DNA from: Candidatus Portnoybacteria bacterium RBG_19FT_COMBO_36_7
Lineage (GTDB): Bacteria; Patescibacteriota; Minisyncoccia; Portnoybacterales; GWB1-42-6
DNA length: 64,000 nucleotides
Assembly: GCA_001819495.1 (NCBI GenBank)
Contig: MHMW01000021.1
Coordinates: 10,706 to 74,705 of the forward strand
Reading direction: 5' to 3'
Shown: positions 1-9,693 of the stretch, piece after piece
Layout of the letters: the number at the start of each line of letters is the position of its first letter
How positions within the stretch are numbered: the stretch's first letter is position 1
Notes under the pieces: generated by a model
Databases searched by the model: none
What the model saw: the letters and a program-made list of their open reading frames with translations, nothing else
What the model was told of the DNA's origin: nothing
Translations under genes and position numbers: made by a program

Positions 1-2
1 CC

Positions 3-1205
3 TGCGACGAAACTAGCATCGCCGTCTTACAAACAAAGGAGGACGGCGATTTTAGTATTCTCTCAAACATCGTTTCCTCGCAGGTTGCCATCCATGCACC
101 TTTTGGAGGAGTGGTACCAACTCTCGCCAAGAGAGAACATCAGAAAAATTTAACTCTCATTTTAAAACAGGGTCTTGCTGAAGCTAAGCTTTTAAAAGTT
201 CAAAGTTCAAAGTTCCCGCCCGCCTCGCAAGCGAGAGCGTTGCGGGCAGGCAAAGTTCAAAGTAACAGTGCAAAATTCAAAGTTTTAAAACAAATTCTTA
301 ATCGAGAAGAAACGCTTTTTAAAAAATTAATGCCGTTCCTTAAAAAGTACGCCAAACCCGATATTGACGTAATTGCTGTTACTGTCGGTCCGGGTCTTGA
401 GCCAGCGCTTTGGGTAGGCGTTAATTCTGCCAAAGCGCTCGCCTGCTTCTGGGATCTGTCGATAATTCCTGTCAATCACGTTGAAGCCCATATTATCGCT
501 AATTGGCTCAAGCCAATTAGCGGAGCTCAAAACTCAAATGCCAGAACTCAAAACTTATTTCCGGCGGATTGCTTAATTGTGAGCGGCGGGCACACACAAT
601 TGGTTCTGATGCGCGATTTTGGAAAATACGAGATTCTGGGCGAAACGCGGGATGACGCGGCAGGAGAGGCATTTGATAAACTGGCTAAAATGTTAAATAT
701 TGGATATCCAGGTGGTCCTATAGTTTCAAAACTCTCAGCCCAAGCCAAGAAACAAAAGCTTGCCCCGAGCGTAGTCGAGGGGTTAAAAGTTAAATTACCG
801 AGGCCGATGATAAATTCAAAAGACTATGATTTTTCTTTTTCTGGTCTTAAAACAGCCGCTCTTTATTTTGTCAAAACGCTGAATAAAAAAACACTTAAAA
901 AATTAACTCCAGCAATTTGTGCTGAATTCCAGCAAGCTGCAATAGACGTCCTGGTTTCCAAAACCATCCGCGCGGCCAAAGAATATAATGTAAAATCTGT
1001 CTTGCTCTCCGGCGGCGTCGCGGCCAATGACCTCTTACGCACGTCACTAGAAAAAGAATTCAAACGATTTGGCTTAGTTTTTTCCGTTCCGCCCAAAAAA
1101 TTCTGCACCGATAACGCCGCTATGATAGCGCTGACAGCGGCTAAAAAAACAAAAAAATATAATTGGCAGGAAATCACAACTGAGGCAAATTTGCGAATAG
1201 CTTAA
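3..1205 (+). CDS. tsaD: tRNA N6-adenosine threonylcarbamoyltransferase TsaD (Kae1/Gcp family). It is 5'-partial: the reading frame continues from the window edge upstream of the listed ORF start at 111
   Basis: Translation from nt 3 gives CDETSIAVL...HAPFGGVVPTLAKREH, then VTVGPGLEPALWVGV, VSGGHTQL, DDAAGEAFDK, PGGP, DFSFSGLKT, CTDNAAMIA. These are the canonical TsaD motifs. Confidence 0.85.
   Translation, partial: CDETSIAVLQTKEDGDFSILSNIVSSQVAIHAPFGGVVPTLAKREHQKNLTLILKQGLAEAKLLKVQSSKFPPASQARALRAGKVQSNSAKFKVLKQILNREETLFKKLMPFLKKYAKPDIDVIAVTVGPGLEPALWVGVNSAKALACFWDLSIIPVNHVEAHIIANWLKPISGAQNSNARTQNLFPADCLIVSGGHTQLVLMRDFGKYEILGETRDDAAGEAFDKLAKMLNIGYPGGPIVSKLSAQAKKQKLAPSVVEGLKVKLPRPMINSKDYDFSFSGLKTAALYFVKTLNKKTLKKLTPAICAEFQQAAIDVLVSKTIRAAKEYNVKSVLLSGGVAANDLLRTSLEKEFKRFGLVFSVPPKKFCTDNAAMIALTAAKKTKKYNWQEITTEANLRIA
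178..292. repeat. In-frame insertion of a short-period AT-rich repeat (caaagtt units) flanking a GC-rich palindrome (cccgcccgcctcgcaagcgagagcgttgcgggcagg). It is translated as LKVQSSKFPPASQARALRAGKVQSNSAKFKVLKQ inside TsaD
   Basis: Tandem caaagttcaaagtt units on both sides of a GC palindrome. The segment is a multiple of 3 and interrupts the otherwise conserved TsaD N-terminal region. Related motifs occur at 20815-20850, 57736-57762 and 63940-63990. Confidence 0.5.
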
Positions 1206-1226
1206 TAAAGCTGTTATAATCAAGCT

Positions 1227-3401
1227 ATGGAAAATAACGGAAATAAAGCTTATAATCCCCGCGAAATCGAGCCTGAAATCTACAAATTATGGGAATATTC
1301 GGGTTATTTTAATCCCGACAATTTACCTGTTTCAAAAATTAAAAATTCAAAAATTAAAAATTTTTGCATTATAATGCCCCCTCCCAATGCCAACGAAGCC
1401 CTGCATATGGGCCACGCACTTGATTTTACTATCCAGGACGCGCTTATCCGTTTTAACCGAATGCAGGACAAAAAAACACTCTGGCTGCCTGGTGCCGACC
1501 ATGCCGGCTTTGAAACCCAGGTTGTTTTTGAGAAAAAACTTGAGAAAGAAGGTAAAAGCAGGTTCCAGTTTGAACGTAGCACTCTCTATAAAATGATCTG
1601 GGATTATGTCCAGCAGAACAAGCATATTATGGAAGAGCAGGCCAGGAGCTTAGGTGCTTCCTGCGACTGGTCAAGAGAAAAATTTACTCTTGACCCAAAA
1701 ATAGTGGAGATTGTCTATGATACTTTTAAAAAACTTTACGACGATAAACTTATCTATCGGGGCAAAAGAATAATCAATTGGTGCCCAAAACATCAGACTG
1801 GCTTGTCCGACCTGGAAGTCAAATACGAAGAACGGGAAGATAAGCTCTGGTATTTTAAATACCCCCTCTCCTCGGGTGAAGGATTTATAGTCGTGGCGAC
1901 GACCCGCCCCGAAACTATGCTTGGCGACACGGCTGTAGCTGTTAATCCGAAAGATAACCGCTACAAAAAATTGATCGACCAAAAAGTTAAACTGCCTCTG
2001 ACAAATAGAGAAATTCCGATCATTACCGACAGTGCGGTTGAGCTGGAATTTGGCACCGGCGCGGTCAAGGTAACGCCTGCGCATGATCCGGTTGACTTTG
2101 ATATCGCGGATAGACACAAACTGGAGTTCATCGAGGTCATCGGCAAAGACGGAAAAATGACCAACGAGGTGCCAGAAGCCTATCAAGGATTAAAGGTTGA
2201 TGATGCCCGCGCCAAGGTAGTGGTAGATCTAAACGCACTGGGCCTGATGGAAAAAGAAGAACCTTATAAACATTCTGTCGGCGCCTGCTATAAATGCGGC
2301 CGGACAATCGAGCCCTTAGCAATGGAGCAATGGTTCGTCAAAATAAAACCGCTGGCCGAAAAAGCAATTGAAGCGGTCAAAAAAGGCAAGACAAGGTTCG
2401 TCACAAAAAAGTACGAAAAGACATTTATGCACTGGATGAGGAATATCAAAGATTGGAATATTTCCCGCCAAATAGTCTGGGGCATCCGCATCCCGGCTTG
2501 GTATAAAAATGACCAGATTCATATCGGCAAAGAGCCCCCAAAAGAAGATGGCTGGGTTCAAGATACCGATGTTTTTGACACTTGGTTCTCTTCGGGCCAG
2601 TGGCCCTTCGTCACTTTGATGACCAGCGGCCAAAATGACTTAAAAGAATTTTATCCAACATCAGTAATGGTCACTGCCTGGGATATTTTATTTTTCTGGG
2701 TGGCACGCATGATAATGATGGGAATTTATTGCACAGGTAAAGAACCATTCAAACAAGTTTACATTCACGGACTCCTCAAAGACAAATACGGCAAAAAAAT
2801 GAGCAAATCAAAAGGCAATGTTATCAATCCTCTGGCAGTAGTAGAGCAGCGCGGAGCAGACGCCTTGCGCATGTCTCTCCTGTTTGGTTCTGAAGCTGAC
2901 AGTGATACTCCAATTTCTGAAGAAAAAATTATCGCCCAGCAGAGGTTTGCCAATAAGATCTGGAATGCTTCAAAGTTCGTGATGAATGCACTCGGGCCAG
3001 ACTACAAGCCAACCAAACCCGCCCGAGGCGCCCAGTCCGCCGACGGGTGGAGGTCCGCCATGGATGGATACACCAAAGAAGACAAATGGATATTGAAAGA
3101 ACTTGAAAAAGCGACTAAAAAGATCACGACAGATATCGAAAAATATAAATTCCACGAAGCGGCACAGGAAGCATATCACTTCTTCTGGCACAAGTTTTGC
3201 GACAAAACTATAGAAGATGTTAAAATAAGGATACAGAAAAATTCCAAAGACGCTGACGCTGGCAAACTCGTGGTTTGGACTGTTTTATATAATTCCCTGA
3301 AGCTTCTCCATCCTTTTATGCCCTTTGTCACTGAAGCTATCTATCAGAAGCTCCCCTCCCGGCCAAAAGAACTCTTGATGATTGAAAAATGGCCAAAATA
3401 A
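1227..3401 (+). CDS. valS: Valine--tRNA ligase, short form (724 aa). It lacks the long C-terminal coiled-coil domain
   Basis: PPPNANEALHMGHAL (HIGH region), LWLPGADHAGFETQ, CDWSREKFTLD, INWCPKHQTGLSDLEV, KMSKSKGN (KMSKS). Confidence 0.85.
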   Translation: MENNGNKAYNPREIEPEIYKLWEYSGYFNPDNLPVSKIKNSKIKNFCIIMPPPNANEALHMGHALDFTIQDALIRFNRMQDKKTLWLPGADHAGFETQVVFEKKLEKEGKSRFQFERSTLYKMIWDYVQQNKHIMEEQARSLGASCDWSREKFTLDPKIVEIVYDTFKKLYDDKLIYRGKRIINWCPKHQTGLSDLEVKYEEREDKLWYFKYPLSSGEGFIVVATTRPETMLGDTAVAVNPKDNRYKKLIDQKVKLPLTNREIPIITDSAVELEFGTGAVKVTPAHDPVDFDIADRHKLEFIEVIGKDGKMTNEVPEAYQGLKVDDARAKVVVDLNALGLMEKEEPYKHSVGACYKCGRTIEPLAMEQWFVKIKPLAEKAIEAVKKGKTRFVTKKYEKTFMHWMRNIKDWNISRQIVWGIRIPAWYKNDQIHIGKEPPKEDGWVQDTDVFDTWFSSGQWPFVTLMTSGQNDLKEFYPTSVMVTAWDILFFWVARMIMMGIYCTGKEPFKQVYIHGLLKDKYGKKMSKSKGNVINPLAVVEQRGADALRMSLLFGSEADSDTPISEEKIIAQQRFANKIWNASKFVMNALGPDYKPTKPARGAQSADGWRSAMDGYTKEDKWILKELEKATKKITTDIEKYKFHEAAQEAYHFFWHKFCDKTIEDVKIRIQKNSKDADAGKLVVWTVLYNSLKLLHPFMPFVTEAIYQKLPSRPKELLMIEKWPK

Positions 3402-3403
3402 TT

Positions 3404-3520
3404 CCCAATTACCAATAACCAATTCCCAATAAAATTTCTAATGTCCAAATGTCCAAAAATGCCCCACAAGGCGGGGCATGGATTGGAAATTGGAAATTGG
3501 AAATTGGAAATTTTACGTGA
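3404..3520. terminator. GC stem (gccccacaaggcggggc) embedded in a long imperfect inverted repeat of ccaat/attgg-type pentamer units. Probable bidirectional terminator or insulator between valS and the next gene
   Basis: ccaattaccaataaccaattcccaat ... gccccacaaggcggggc ... tggattggaaattggaaattggaaattggaaatt. The two flanks are imperfect reverse complements. Confidence 0.4.
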
Positions 3521-4296
3521 TTTATCTTCTCTACGCCATTTTCGGCCTCTTGCCCAGCGTTATCTGGCTTCTTTTTTATCTGCGAAAAGACAAACATCCT
3601 GAACCAAACAGAATGGTCGTCAAAATTTTTCTCTGGGGAATGCTGATGGGGCCGCTGGCCATTTTAGCTGAACTTTTCATAAAATGGCTGATGAACCCCG
3701 TAGATCTGGCAAATTTTATTGATATTTTGAGAACGAACGCAAAGGATAGCTATCTTTTTATCGGCATAGTTTTTGTTGCCCCGGTAGTTGAGGAAATCGT
3801 AAAATACGCGGTGGTTCACTTTGCCGTGCTTAAAAATCCTGATTTTGATGAACCGATTGATCTTATGCTCTATATGATTATCGCTGCTCTTGGCTTTGCG
3901 GCTATCGAAAATCTATTGCTTATTTTCCAAACTCCCCTGCCTGCTCTAGATAAAGTTATCACCCTGGCCGCGTTGCGATTCGTCTCGGCCACTTTTTTGC
4001 ATGCGTTAAGCTCCGGGCTTTTGGGATACTGGCTGGCCAAATCCATGCGTGACCCGGCCAAAAAAATCCAGTATCTGGCTCGAGGCTTTGGCCTTGCCAT
4101 TTTTTTCCATGCCAGTTACAATTATCTTACCTGGATCATTTCTGATAACCAGCCCTATGGTTCTGTTATTGCAATAGTTATGACCGTTCTTCTTCTTTCT
4201 TTCATGGCAGTCGCTGCATCTTATAATTTTTCGCTTTTGAAAAAAATGCATTCTGTCTGCAAAATCTGTAAGCCCCGTCCCAGCTTTTGGTCTTAA
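3478..4296 (+). CDS. Multi-pass membrane protein, PrsW-like intramembrane metalloprotease family (putative). The true start may be downstream, at MVVKIF
   Basis: About 7 hydrophobic helices. VVEEIVKYAVV (EExxK motif), FLHALSSG and FFHASYNY histidine motifs are typical of PrsW/CPBP-like proteases. Confidence 0.4.
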   Translation: MDWKLEIGNWKFYVIYLLYAIFGLLPSVIWLLFYLRKDKHPEPNRMVVKIFLWGMLMGPLAILAELFIKWLMNPVDLANFIDILRTNAKDSYLFIGIVFVAPVVEEIVKYAVVHFAVLKNPDFDEPIDLMLYMIIAALGFAAIENLLLIFQTPLPALDKVITLAALRFVSATFLHALSSGLLGYWLAKSMRDPAKKIQYLARGFGLAIFFHASYNYLTWIISDNQPYGSVIAIVMTVLLLSFMAVAASYNFSLLKKMHSVCKICKPRPSFWS

Positions 4297-4403
4297 ACAT
4301 TTCAACACCGTTATCTCTCTTGCGCGCTTTTTCAATAAGAGTTAAAATATAAAAAACATAAACAAATTCATAAGGCGGCACCCTCGCCGTCAATTAAATC
4401 AAT

Positions 4404-4892
4404 ATGGCAAAAAAACCTAATTTTCTTGAAAGATTAACGGGCGCGTCTTCGGACAACGATTCTATTGGGCCGCCAGAAATCAAATCCCGAGACAAACAAA
4501 TTGAAAAGCCAAAGGTCCATGAACCAATTGAGCCCGAAGGCGACGAGTGGCTTCCAGAATCAGAAGGCCAGCTGACCATTGATGTCTATCAGTCCCCTAA
4601 TCATATTATCATCAAATCCACCATTGCCGGAGTAAAGCCCGAAGATCTGGATATTACAATAACCAACGATATGGTTACGATCCGGGGCAAACGCGAGAAG
4701 GACGAAGAAATTCAGACTGACGATTATTACTATCAGGAATGTTACTGGGGCTCTTTTTCCCGGTCGGTCATTCTGCCCGTTGACGTTGAAGCAGATGCCG
4801 CCGAGGCCAGCCTTAAAAACGGAATTCTTACAATCAAACTGCCCAAGATTGAAAAAATAAAGACGAAAAAGATCAAAATCGCTACCGATTAA
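4404..4892 (+). CDS. Hsp20/alpha-crystallin family small heat-shock protein
   Basis: Alpha-crystallin domain: LTIDVYQSPNHIIIKSTIAGVKPEDLDITI ... SFSRSVILPVDVEADAAEASLKNGILTIKLPK. Confidence 0.8.
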   Translation: MAKKPNFLERLTGASSDNDSIGPPEIKSRDKQIEKPKVHEPIEPEGDEWLPESEGQLTIDVYQSPNHIIIKSTIAGVKPEDLDITITNDMVTIRGKREKDEEIQTDDYYYQECYWGSFSRSVILPVDVEADAAEASLKNGILTIKLPKIEKIKTKKIKIATD

Positions 4893-4917
4893 GTCGCCAG
4901 CTGAATTTAAAAACACA

Positions 4918-4949
4918 AAAACAATCCCGCCATGGCGGGATTGTTTTTT
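4918..4949 (+). terminator. Rho-independent terminator after the hsp20 gene
   Basis: acaatcccgccatggcgggattgttttttc: perfect 11-bp stem followed by a T-run. Confidence 0.6.
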
Positions 4950-4982
4950 CACCACCAATAAGCTTATAATATAAAATAGACA

Positions 4983-6659
4983 ATGCCACAAAAAATGAAA
5001 AAATTAATATTTTTTATAATCGCCCTTGCGGCCGGCTTATTTTTCTTTTTTTTATATATCGGGTCTATCAACCACAACAAAGTTTCTTACGGGGTGAGCG
5101 TCGCCGGAACAAATATTTCCGGCTCAAACTATGAAACTGCTAAAAATAAAATAAAGGATCTGGCAGATCAGAAAGAAAAACAGACGATAGAAATAAAATA
5201 TGAAGATAAAAAATGGCTGGTTTTGCCCCAAATTTTGGGAATAAGCATAGAAGAGAAAATGACAGCCGAAACAGTCTATTTGGTTGGACACGGAAAAAAT
5301 ATTTTTATCGCCTTGGTCCAACAGATCGATTCCTTTATCAGGGGCAGAAATATCGGATTCATTTTTTCATTGGACGATAAAAAATTCAGTAATTTTATTC
5401 AGGAAAACTTATCAGAGTCTGAGAAACCCGCTATAAACGCGACTTTAAAATACGATAAAGGCACAGACGATTTTTTGCTTGTCAGAGCGCAGGAAGGTCA
5501 AGTTTTTGATAGAGACAACTTCAAAGAACAGCTCGATGAATATTTGTCTTCTGCCGACCCTAAACCAATAGAACTTAAAAAAATTACTGACAATCCTGTT
5601 CTAACAGAAGATAAAAACAACACGGCCAGAAATAAAGCGAAATCTTTGATCAGCTTAGCTCCTTATCTTTTGAAAAATAGCGGCCAAAACTGGCAGATAG
5701 ACAAACAAATCATATTAGACTGGCTAGATTTTATTCCTTCGATCAATCAAAGCGGAACAATGACCGCCGTTATTTCCGAAACTGACATAAAAGACTTTTT
5801 GTCTCAGCTCGCTCCAAGCATAAATAAACAGCCCATTAACGCAAAACTGATGGCCCAAGACGGTAAAATTGTTGCCTTTGATCTTTCTCAACAGGGTCTG
5901 GAACTGCAAATAGACGAAAGTGCTAAAAAAATTAGCGAACAAATTGAAACAGGACAAAAAGAAATTTATTTGGTTGTACTTATCGTTGAGCCGGAGATTT
6001 CTGCTCAGACAATTGATACTCTTGGCTTAAACAGTCTTTTGGGCATTGGCAGCTCTTCATATGCAGGCTCTCCCAGTAACAGAATCCATAACATTTCCGT
6101 TGGCTCAGCCAAATTGAATGGCATTTTAGTCAAACCTGGCCAGGAATTTTCTTTTGTTGAAAATATCGGTGAAATTGAAGCTGAACAAGGTTATTTGCCT
6201 GAGCTTGTCATCAAAAATAACAAAACTATTCCTGAATACGGGGGCGGCCTATGCCAAATTTCAACCACTCTTTTCCGGGCGGCGGTTAACGCCGGCTTAA
6301 AAATAACAGAACGCTTTCCCCACGCTTTTCCTGTTAAATACTACAATCCTCAGGGTTTTGACGCAACGATCTATCCACCGCATCCTGACCTGCGTTTTTT
6401 GAATGATACGCCAAACAATATTTTACTCCAGCCAAAAATCAGAGGCACCCAAATTACATTTGAAATTTACGGTACGAAAGATGGCCGCCAAGTCAAAGTA
6501 ATTGGTCCGGCCATTTTAGAATCAAATACAGACGGTTCGATGAAAACGGTGCTTTATCAGGAAGTCTGGCGAGAGGGCATTATGGAAAGAAGAGATACTT
6601 TCCGTTCAAACTATCGATCTCCGGCCCTTTATCCGGTCCAGCGCAATCCGCTGGAATAA
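4983..6659 (+). CDS. VanW-domain protein (vancomycin-resistance-W-like), N-terminally membrane anchored
   Basis: N-terminal TM helix. C-terminal VanW-like region GSSSYAGSPSNRIHNISVGSAKLNGILVKPGQEFSFVENIG ... GGGLCQISTTLFRAAVNAGL. Confidence 0.7.
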   Translation: MPQKMKKLIFFIIALAAGLFFFFLYIGSINHNKVSYGVSVAGTNISGSNYETAKNKIKDLADQKEKQTIEIKYEDKKWLVLPQILGISIEEKMTAETVYLVGHGKNIFIALVQQIDSFIRGRNIGFIFSLDDKKFSNFIQENLSESEKPAINATLKYDKGTDDFLLVRAQEGQVFDRDNFKEQLDEYLSSADPKPIELKKITDNPVLTEDKNNTARNKAKSLISLAPYLLKNSGQNWQIDKQIILDWLDFIPSINQSGTMTAVISETDIKDFLSQLAPSINKQPINAKLMAQDGKIVAFDLSQQGLELQIDESAKKISEQIETGQKEIYLVVLIVEPEISAQTIDTLGLNSLLGIGSSSYAGSPSNRIHNISVGSAKLNGILVKPGQEFSFVENIGEIEAEQGYLPELVIKNNKTIPEYGGGLCQISTTLFRAAVNAGLKITERFPHAFPVKYYNPQGFDATIYPPHPDLRFLNDTPNNILLQPKIRGTQITFEIYGTKDGRQVKVIGPAILESNTDGSMKTVLYQEVWREGIMERRDTFRSNYRSPALYPVQRNPLE

Positions 6660-6740
6660 AAAAGTGTTGAAGGAGAGATTTGCCCCAGTACCAGATCCCG
6701 CTTTGCGGGAACGGTACGGGGTAAAAACTCTCAAAAACAG

Positions 6741-6823
6741 TGTCCTCGGTGGGAGTTGAACCCACAACCCTTTCGGGATACGGTCCTAAGCCGTACGCGT
6801 ATGCCAAATTCCGCCACGAGGAC
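6741..6823 (-). tRNA. tRNA-Leu (anticodon TAG) with a long variable arm
   Basis: Reverse complement folds as a cloverleaf: acceptor GTCCTCG/CGAGGAC, anticodon arm TACGG-CTTAGGA-CCGTA, variable arm TCCCGAAAGGGTT, T arm GTGGG-TTCAACT-CCCAC. Confidence 0.8.
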
Positions 6824-6886
6824 AAAAATGCCAATCCCTGCCTGCCGGCAGACAGACGCCACTCAGACATATTCAAATTTTACGCC

Positions 6887-8332
6887 ATGGATAATCTAAA
6901 ATCAATCTTTCAAGAAAAGAACAGAGCCCTGATTTTTGCCGTTATAGGCCTTTTTTTGATATTTTTTATCGCTTTGCAGGCCCCGACTGATCCTGATTTT
7001 GGCTGGCATTTGCACAATGGGAGCGAAATAATAAAAAATCGCGCCATCGCTCATTTTGACCAGGATTCGTTTACCATGAACGATTATCCATGGATCTGCT
7101 TCTCATGGATATCCGATATATTCATAGTGTTATTACAAAAATTGTTCGGGCTTTTCGGACTATCAATGTTTTTTTCGATAATAGCGGGAACGGCTTTTTT
7201 CTTGGCAGCCCGAGCTTTTAAATCGGAAGTTGTCTATCAGGTAATAATAGCGATGTTTGGCACAATCTTGAGCGTTTCAACTTTGGGCGTAAGAGATCAA
7301 ATGTGGGGTATTCTTGGTTTAGCTGTGCTGATATACATTCTAATTCGGTGGCGCGACAACCCTCAAAACAAAATAATCTGGTATCTTCCTTTATTATTCG
7401 CGGTCTGGACTAATCTGCACGCTGGCATTATTGTGGGAATAGGTACTATGTTATTGTTTTTTTTAATAGAATCCTGGAAGAAAAAAACTGTGTCGAAAAA
7501 TTTGATCCTGGTCTTTTTTTTGTCAATCCTGGCCACCTTCGTTAACCCTTACGGCCCGCGGATGTATCAAGAAACATGGATGACGCTGATAGATTTTTCC
7601 GGCCGTTTTCAATTGATAGAATGGCGGCCTTTATTTTTTGCCGGCCGGGATATCCTTCTGCCGGCTTTTATTTATGCTGCCTGTCTGCTGGTCGCACAGT
7701 TTTACATCAAAAAGCGTGATCTGACATTAATAATTATATCTGCCTTGTTTTTTGCTTTCGCGTTGGCTGCCTGGCGGAATCTGCCGCTTTTTTTTATTGT
7801 CAGTTCACCCCTAGCCGTTATGACGCTCAAAGACCTTATTGGCAAAAATCTATTAGATTTGATAAAAATGCCGGCAATTTTATTGACATTTTTTATCCTG
7901 ACATTCTATATTGGCTGGCAAGATATAAAATCAGTCTGGGCGATAGACACCGATCAGAAGCTCTTAGCCCAAGAAGCTGATTTCCCCTATTATGCCGTAG
8001 CATTTATTCGCGATAAAATGCCTAAAGCTGAAAGCTACCGACTTTTTAATGAGTATAACTGGGGCGGCTATATCCTTTGGCAAATACCGGATCAAAAAGT
8101 CTTTATTGACGGGAAAATGCCCCATTGGAAATTGCCCGACAGAAATATTTTTGCTGATTATTTAACTTTTCAGCAAGCACAAAATTTAAGCGATTTGGCT
8201 TTGTTGATTAAAAAATACGATTTAAATTTTGCTTTGATTCGCCGCAATTCTCCTATTGTCTTTAAGCTTTCCTTTTTTGGCTGGCATAATATCTATGAGG
8301 ACGATATGGCTATAATCCTAAAAAGGCCGTAG
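6887..8332 (+). CDS. Large polytopic membrane protein, possibly a GT-C-type (ArnT/PMT/YfhO-like) glycosyltransferase. The track ORF start at 6740 is rejected because it overlaps the tRNA-Leu
   Basis: At least 12 predicted TM helices, with a periplasmic-loop aromatic-rich segment and a C-terminal soluble domain. Neighbour of a GT2 polyprenol-phosphate glycosyltransferase. Confidence 0.35.
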   Translation: MDNLKSIFQEKNRALIFAVIGLFLIFFIALQAPTDPDFGWHLHNGSEIIKNRAIAHFDQDSFTMNDYPWICFSWISDIFIVLLQKLFGLFGLSMFFSIIAGTAFFLAARAFKSEVVYQVIIAMFGTILSVSTLGVRDQMWGILGLAVLIYILIRWRDNPQNKIIWYLPLLFAVWTNLHAGIIVGIGTMLLFFLIESWKKKTVSKNLILVFFLSILATFVNPYGPRMYQETWMTLIDFSGRFQLIEWRPLFFAGRDILLPAFIYAACLLVAQFYIKKRDLTLIIISALFFAFALAAWRNLPLFFIVSSPLAVMTLKDLIGKNLLDLIKMPAILLTFFILTFYIGWQDIKSVWAIDTDQKLLAQEADFPYYAVAFIRDKMPKAESYRLFNEYNWGGYILWQIPDQKVFIDGKMPHWKLPDRNIFADYLTFQQAQNLSDLALLIKKYDLNFALIRRNSPIVFKLSFFGWHNIYEDDMAIILKRP

Positions 8333-8367
8333 ATTGCCAATTTATCAGAAAATTAAATTTAATTTAA

Positions 8368-9087
8368 CTAATCTCTGTAAAAAATTTTCATCAGCGTCCA
8401 TAATGCCTTAACTGAAACAGAAACCATTTTCACGCTACTTTTACGCTCGTTATATCTTTGTTCAATCCATTGCATAGGCACCTCTTTGATGCGCAAACCC
8501 GCTCTTTTTGTTTGTGTCAGAAGCTCGCCATCAATAAAAAAGCCATTCTCCCTGCATCGCTCAATCATGATATCGGAGGCTTTTTTATTCATCGCTTTAA
8601 TGCCGCTTAAAGCATCTCTTACTTTCAGACCAAAAAAAATGTAAAGTATCTTAGCCAGACATATCGTTAATAGACGCCTGTGCCAAGGCCTTCTGCCCCC
8701 TATTCTTTTCCCGACTATCAAATCTGCTTCTCCATCTTCAAGCGGATTAAAAAAATTGATAATTCCCTCTGGCGGCAAAGGAATGTCAGAATCAACATAA
8801 AGATAAAATTTTGAGTTGATTTTTTTTATCGTTTCTCTTAAAGCATTGCCTTTTCCGGCCTGCGGGACATAGAAATAAGAAATCCTGCCGTTGCTTCTCT
8901 GGGCTATTTCTCGGCCAATTGTTTCGGTGGCGTCAGAAGAACAATTATCGGCTAAAATGATCCGCCAGGATTTTTTATCCCAACTGTCAAATACACCCAG
9001 CAACAAATCGACCGAATTTCGTAAAATTTTGGCATCGTTATAAAGCGGGATTATAATAACGTAGTCAATTGGACCGATTTTATCCAT
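8368..9087 (-). CDS. Family-2 glycosyltransferase (Dpm1/GtrB-like polyprenyl-phosphate sugar transferase)
   Basis: IIIPLYND ... ILADNCSSDATE ... YVDSDIPLPPEG (DxD-like motifs), with a C-terminal amphipathic segment. Confidence 0.65.
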   Translation of the reverse strand: MDKIGPIDYVIIIPLYNDAKILRNSVDLLLGVFDSWDKKSWRIILADNCSSDATETIGREIAQRSNGRISYFYVPQAGKGNALRETIKKINSKFYLYVDSDIPLPPEGIINFFNPLEDGEADLIVGKRIGGRRPWHRRLLTICLAKILYIFFGLKVRDALSGIKAMNKKASDIMIERCRENGFFIDGELLTQTKRAGLRIKEVPMQWIEQRYNERKSSVKMVSVSVKALWTLMKIFYRD

Positions 9088-9162
9088 AATTTAATACTTT
9101 TAGCATAATTGTTTATCTTTATTTAAGCAAGCGTCTTTTCGCTTCAAAATCTTGTTCGCCAT

Positions 9163-9195
9163 AATAAAAACCCGACTTTTTGTCGGGTTTTTATT
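9163..9195. terminator. Bidirectional rho-independent terminator between the 16S trailer and the GT2 gene
   Basis: aaaaacccgactttttgtcgggtttttatt. Confidence 0.55.
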
Positions 9196-9662
9196 ATAAT
9201 CTCTTTAAGCTGTCTCGGAGAGGGCTTTTTGGTTTACCTTTGTTAAATCCCGCAAAGCGGGAGCTGCAAAGCAGCTATTTAACAGGGTGACTACTCTCGT
9301 CAACCGACATTTTAGGTCTTGCCTGACCCACTCCGACCCAAGGTCGGAGCAATCGACACTACTTCCTCTTATATTAAAAAATATAAGAAAGGAGGTGATC
9401 CATCCACAGCTTCCGCTACGGATGCCTTGTTACGACTTCGTCCCTGTCACCGAGCCTACCTTGAAACCAATAAATTGGCGCTTCCGGTATTCCCGGCTTC
9501 CTTGACGTGACGGGCGGTGAGTACAAGACTTGAGAACGTATTCACCGCGCCATGGCTGATGCGCGATTACTAGCGATTCCGGCTTCATGAGGTCGGGTTG
9601 CAGACCTCAATCCGAACTGGGACCGGCTTTGATGGGATTAGCTCCATGTTACCATTTCGCTT

Positions 9663-9693
<31 letters not shown>

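Noticed and set aside
6740-6886. N-terminal extension of the membrane-protein ORF (MSSVGVEPTTLSGYGPKPYAYAKF...)
   Set aside because: It is antisense to tRNA-Leu(TAG). The gene start was moved to MDNLKS at 6887.
9287-9510. Plus-strand ORFs 9287..9505, 9319..9510, 9809..10033 and 11040..11249
   Set aside because: They lie inside the 16S rRNA gene or its leader; they are spurious.
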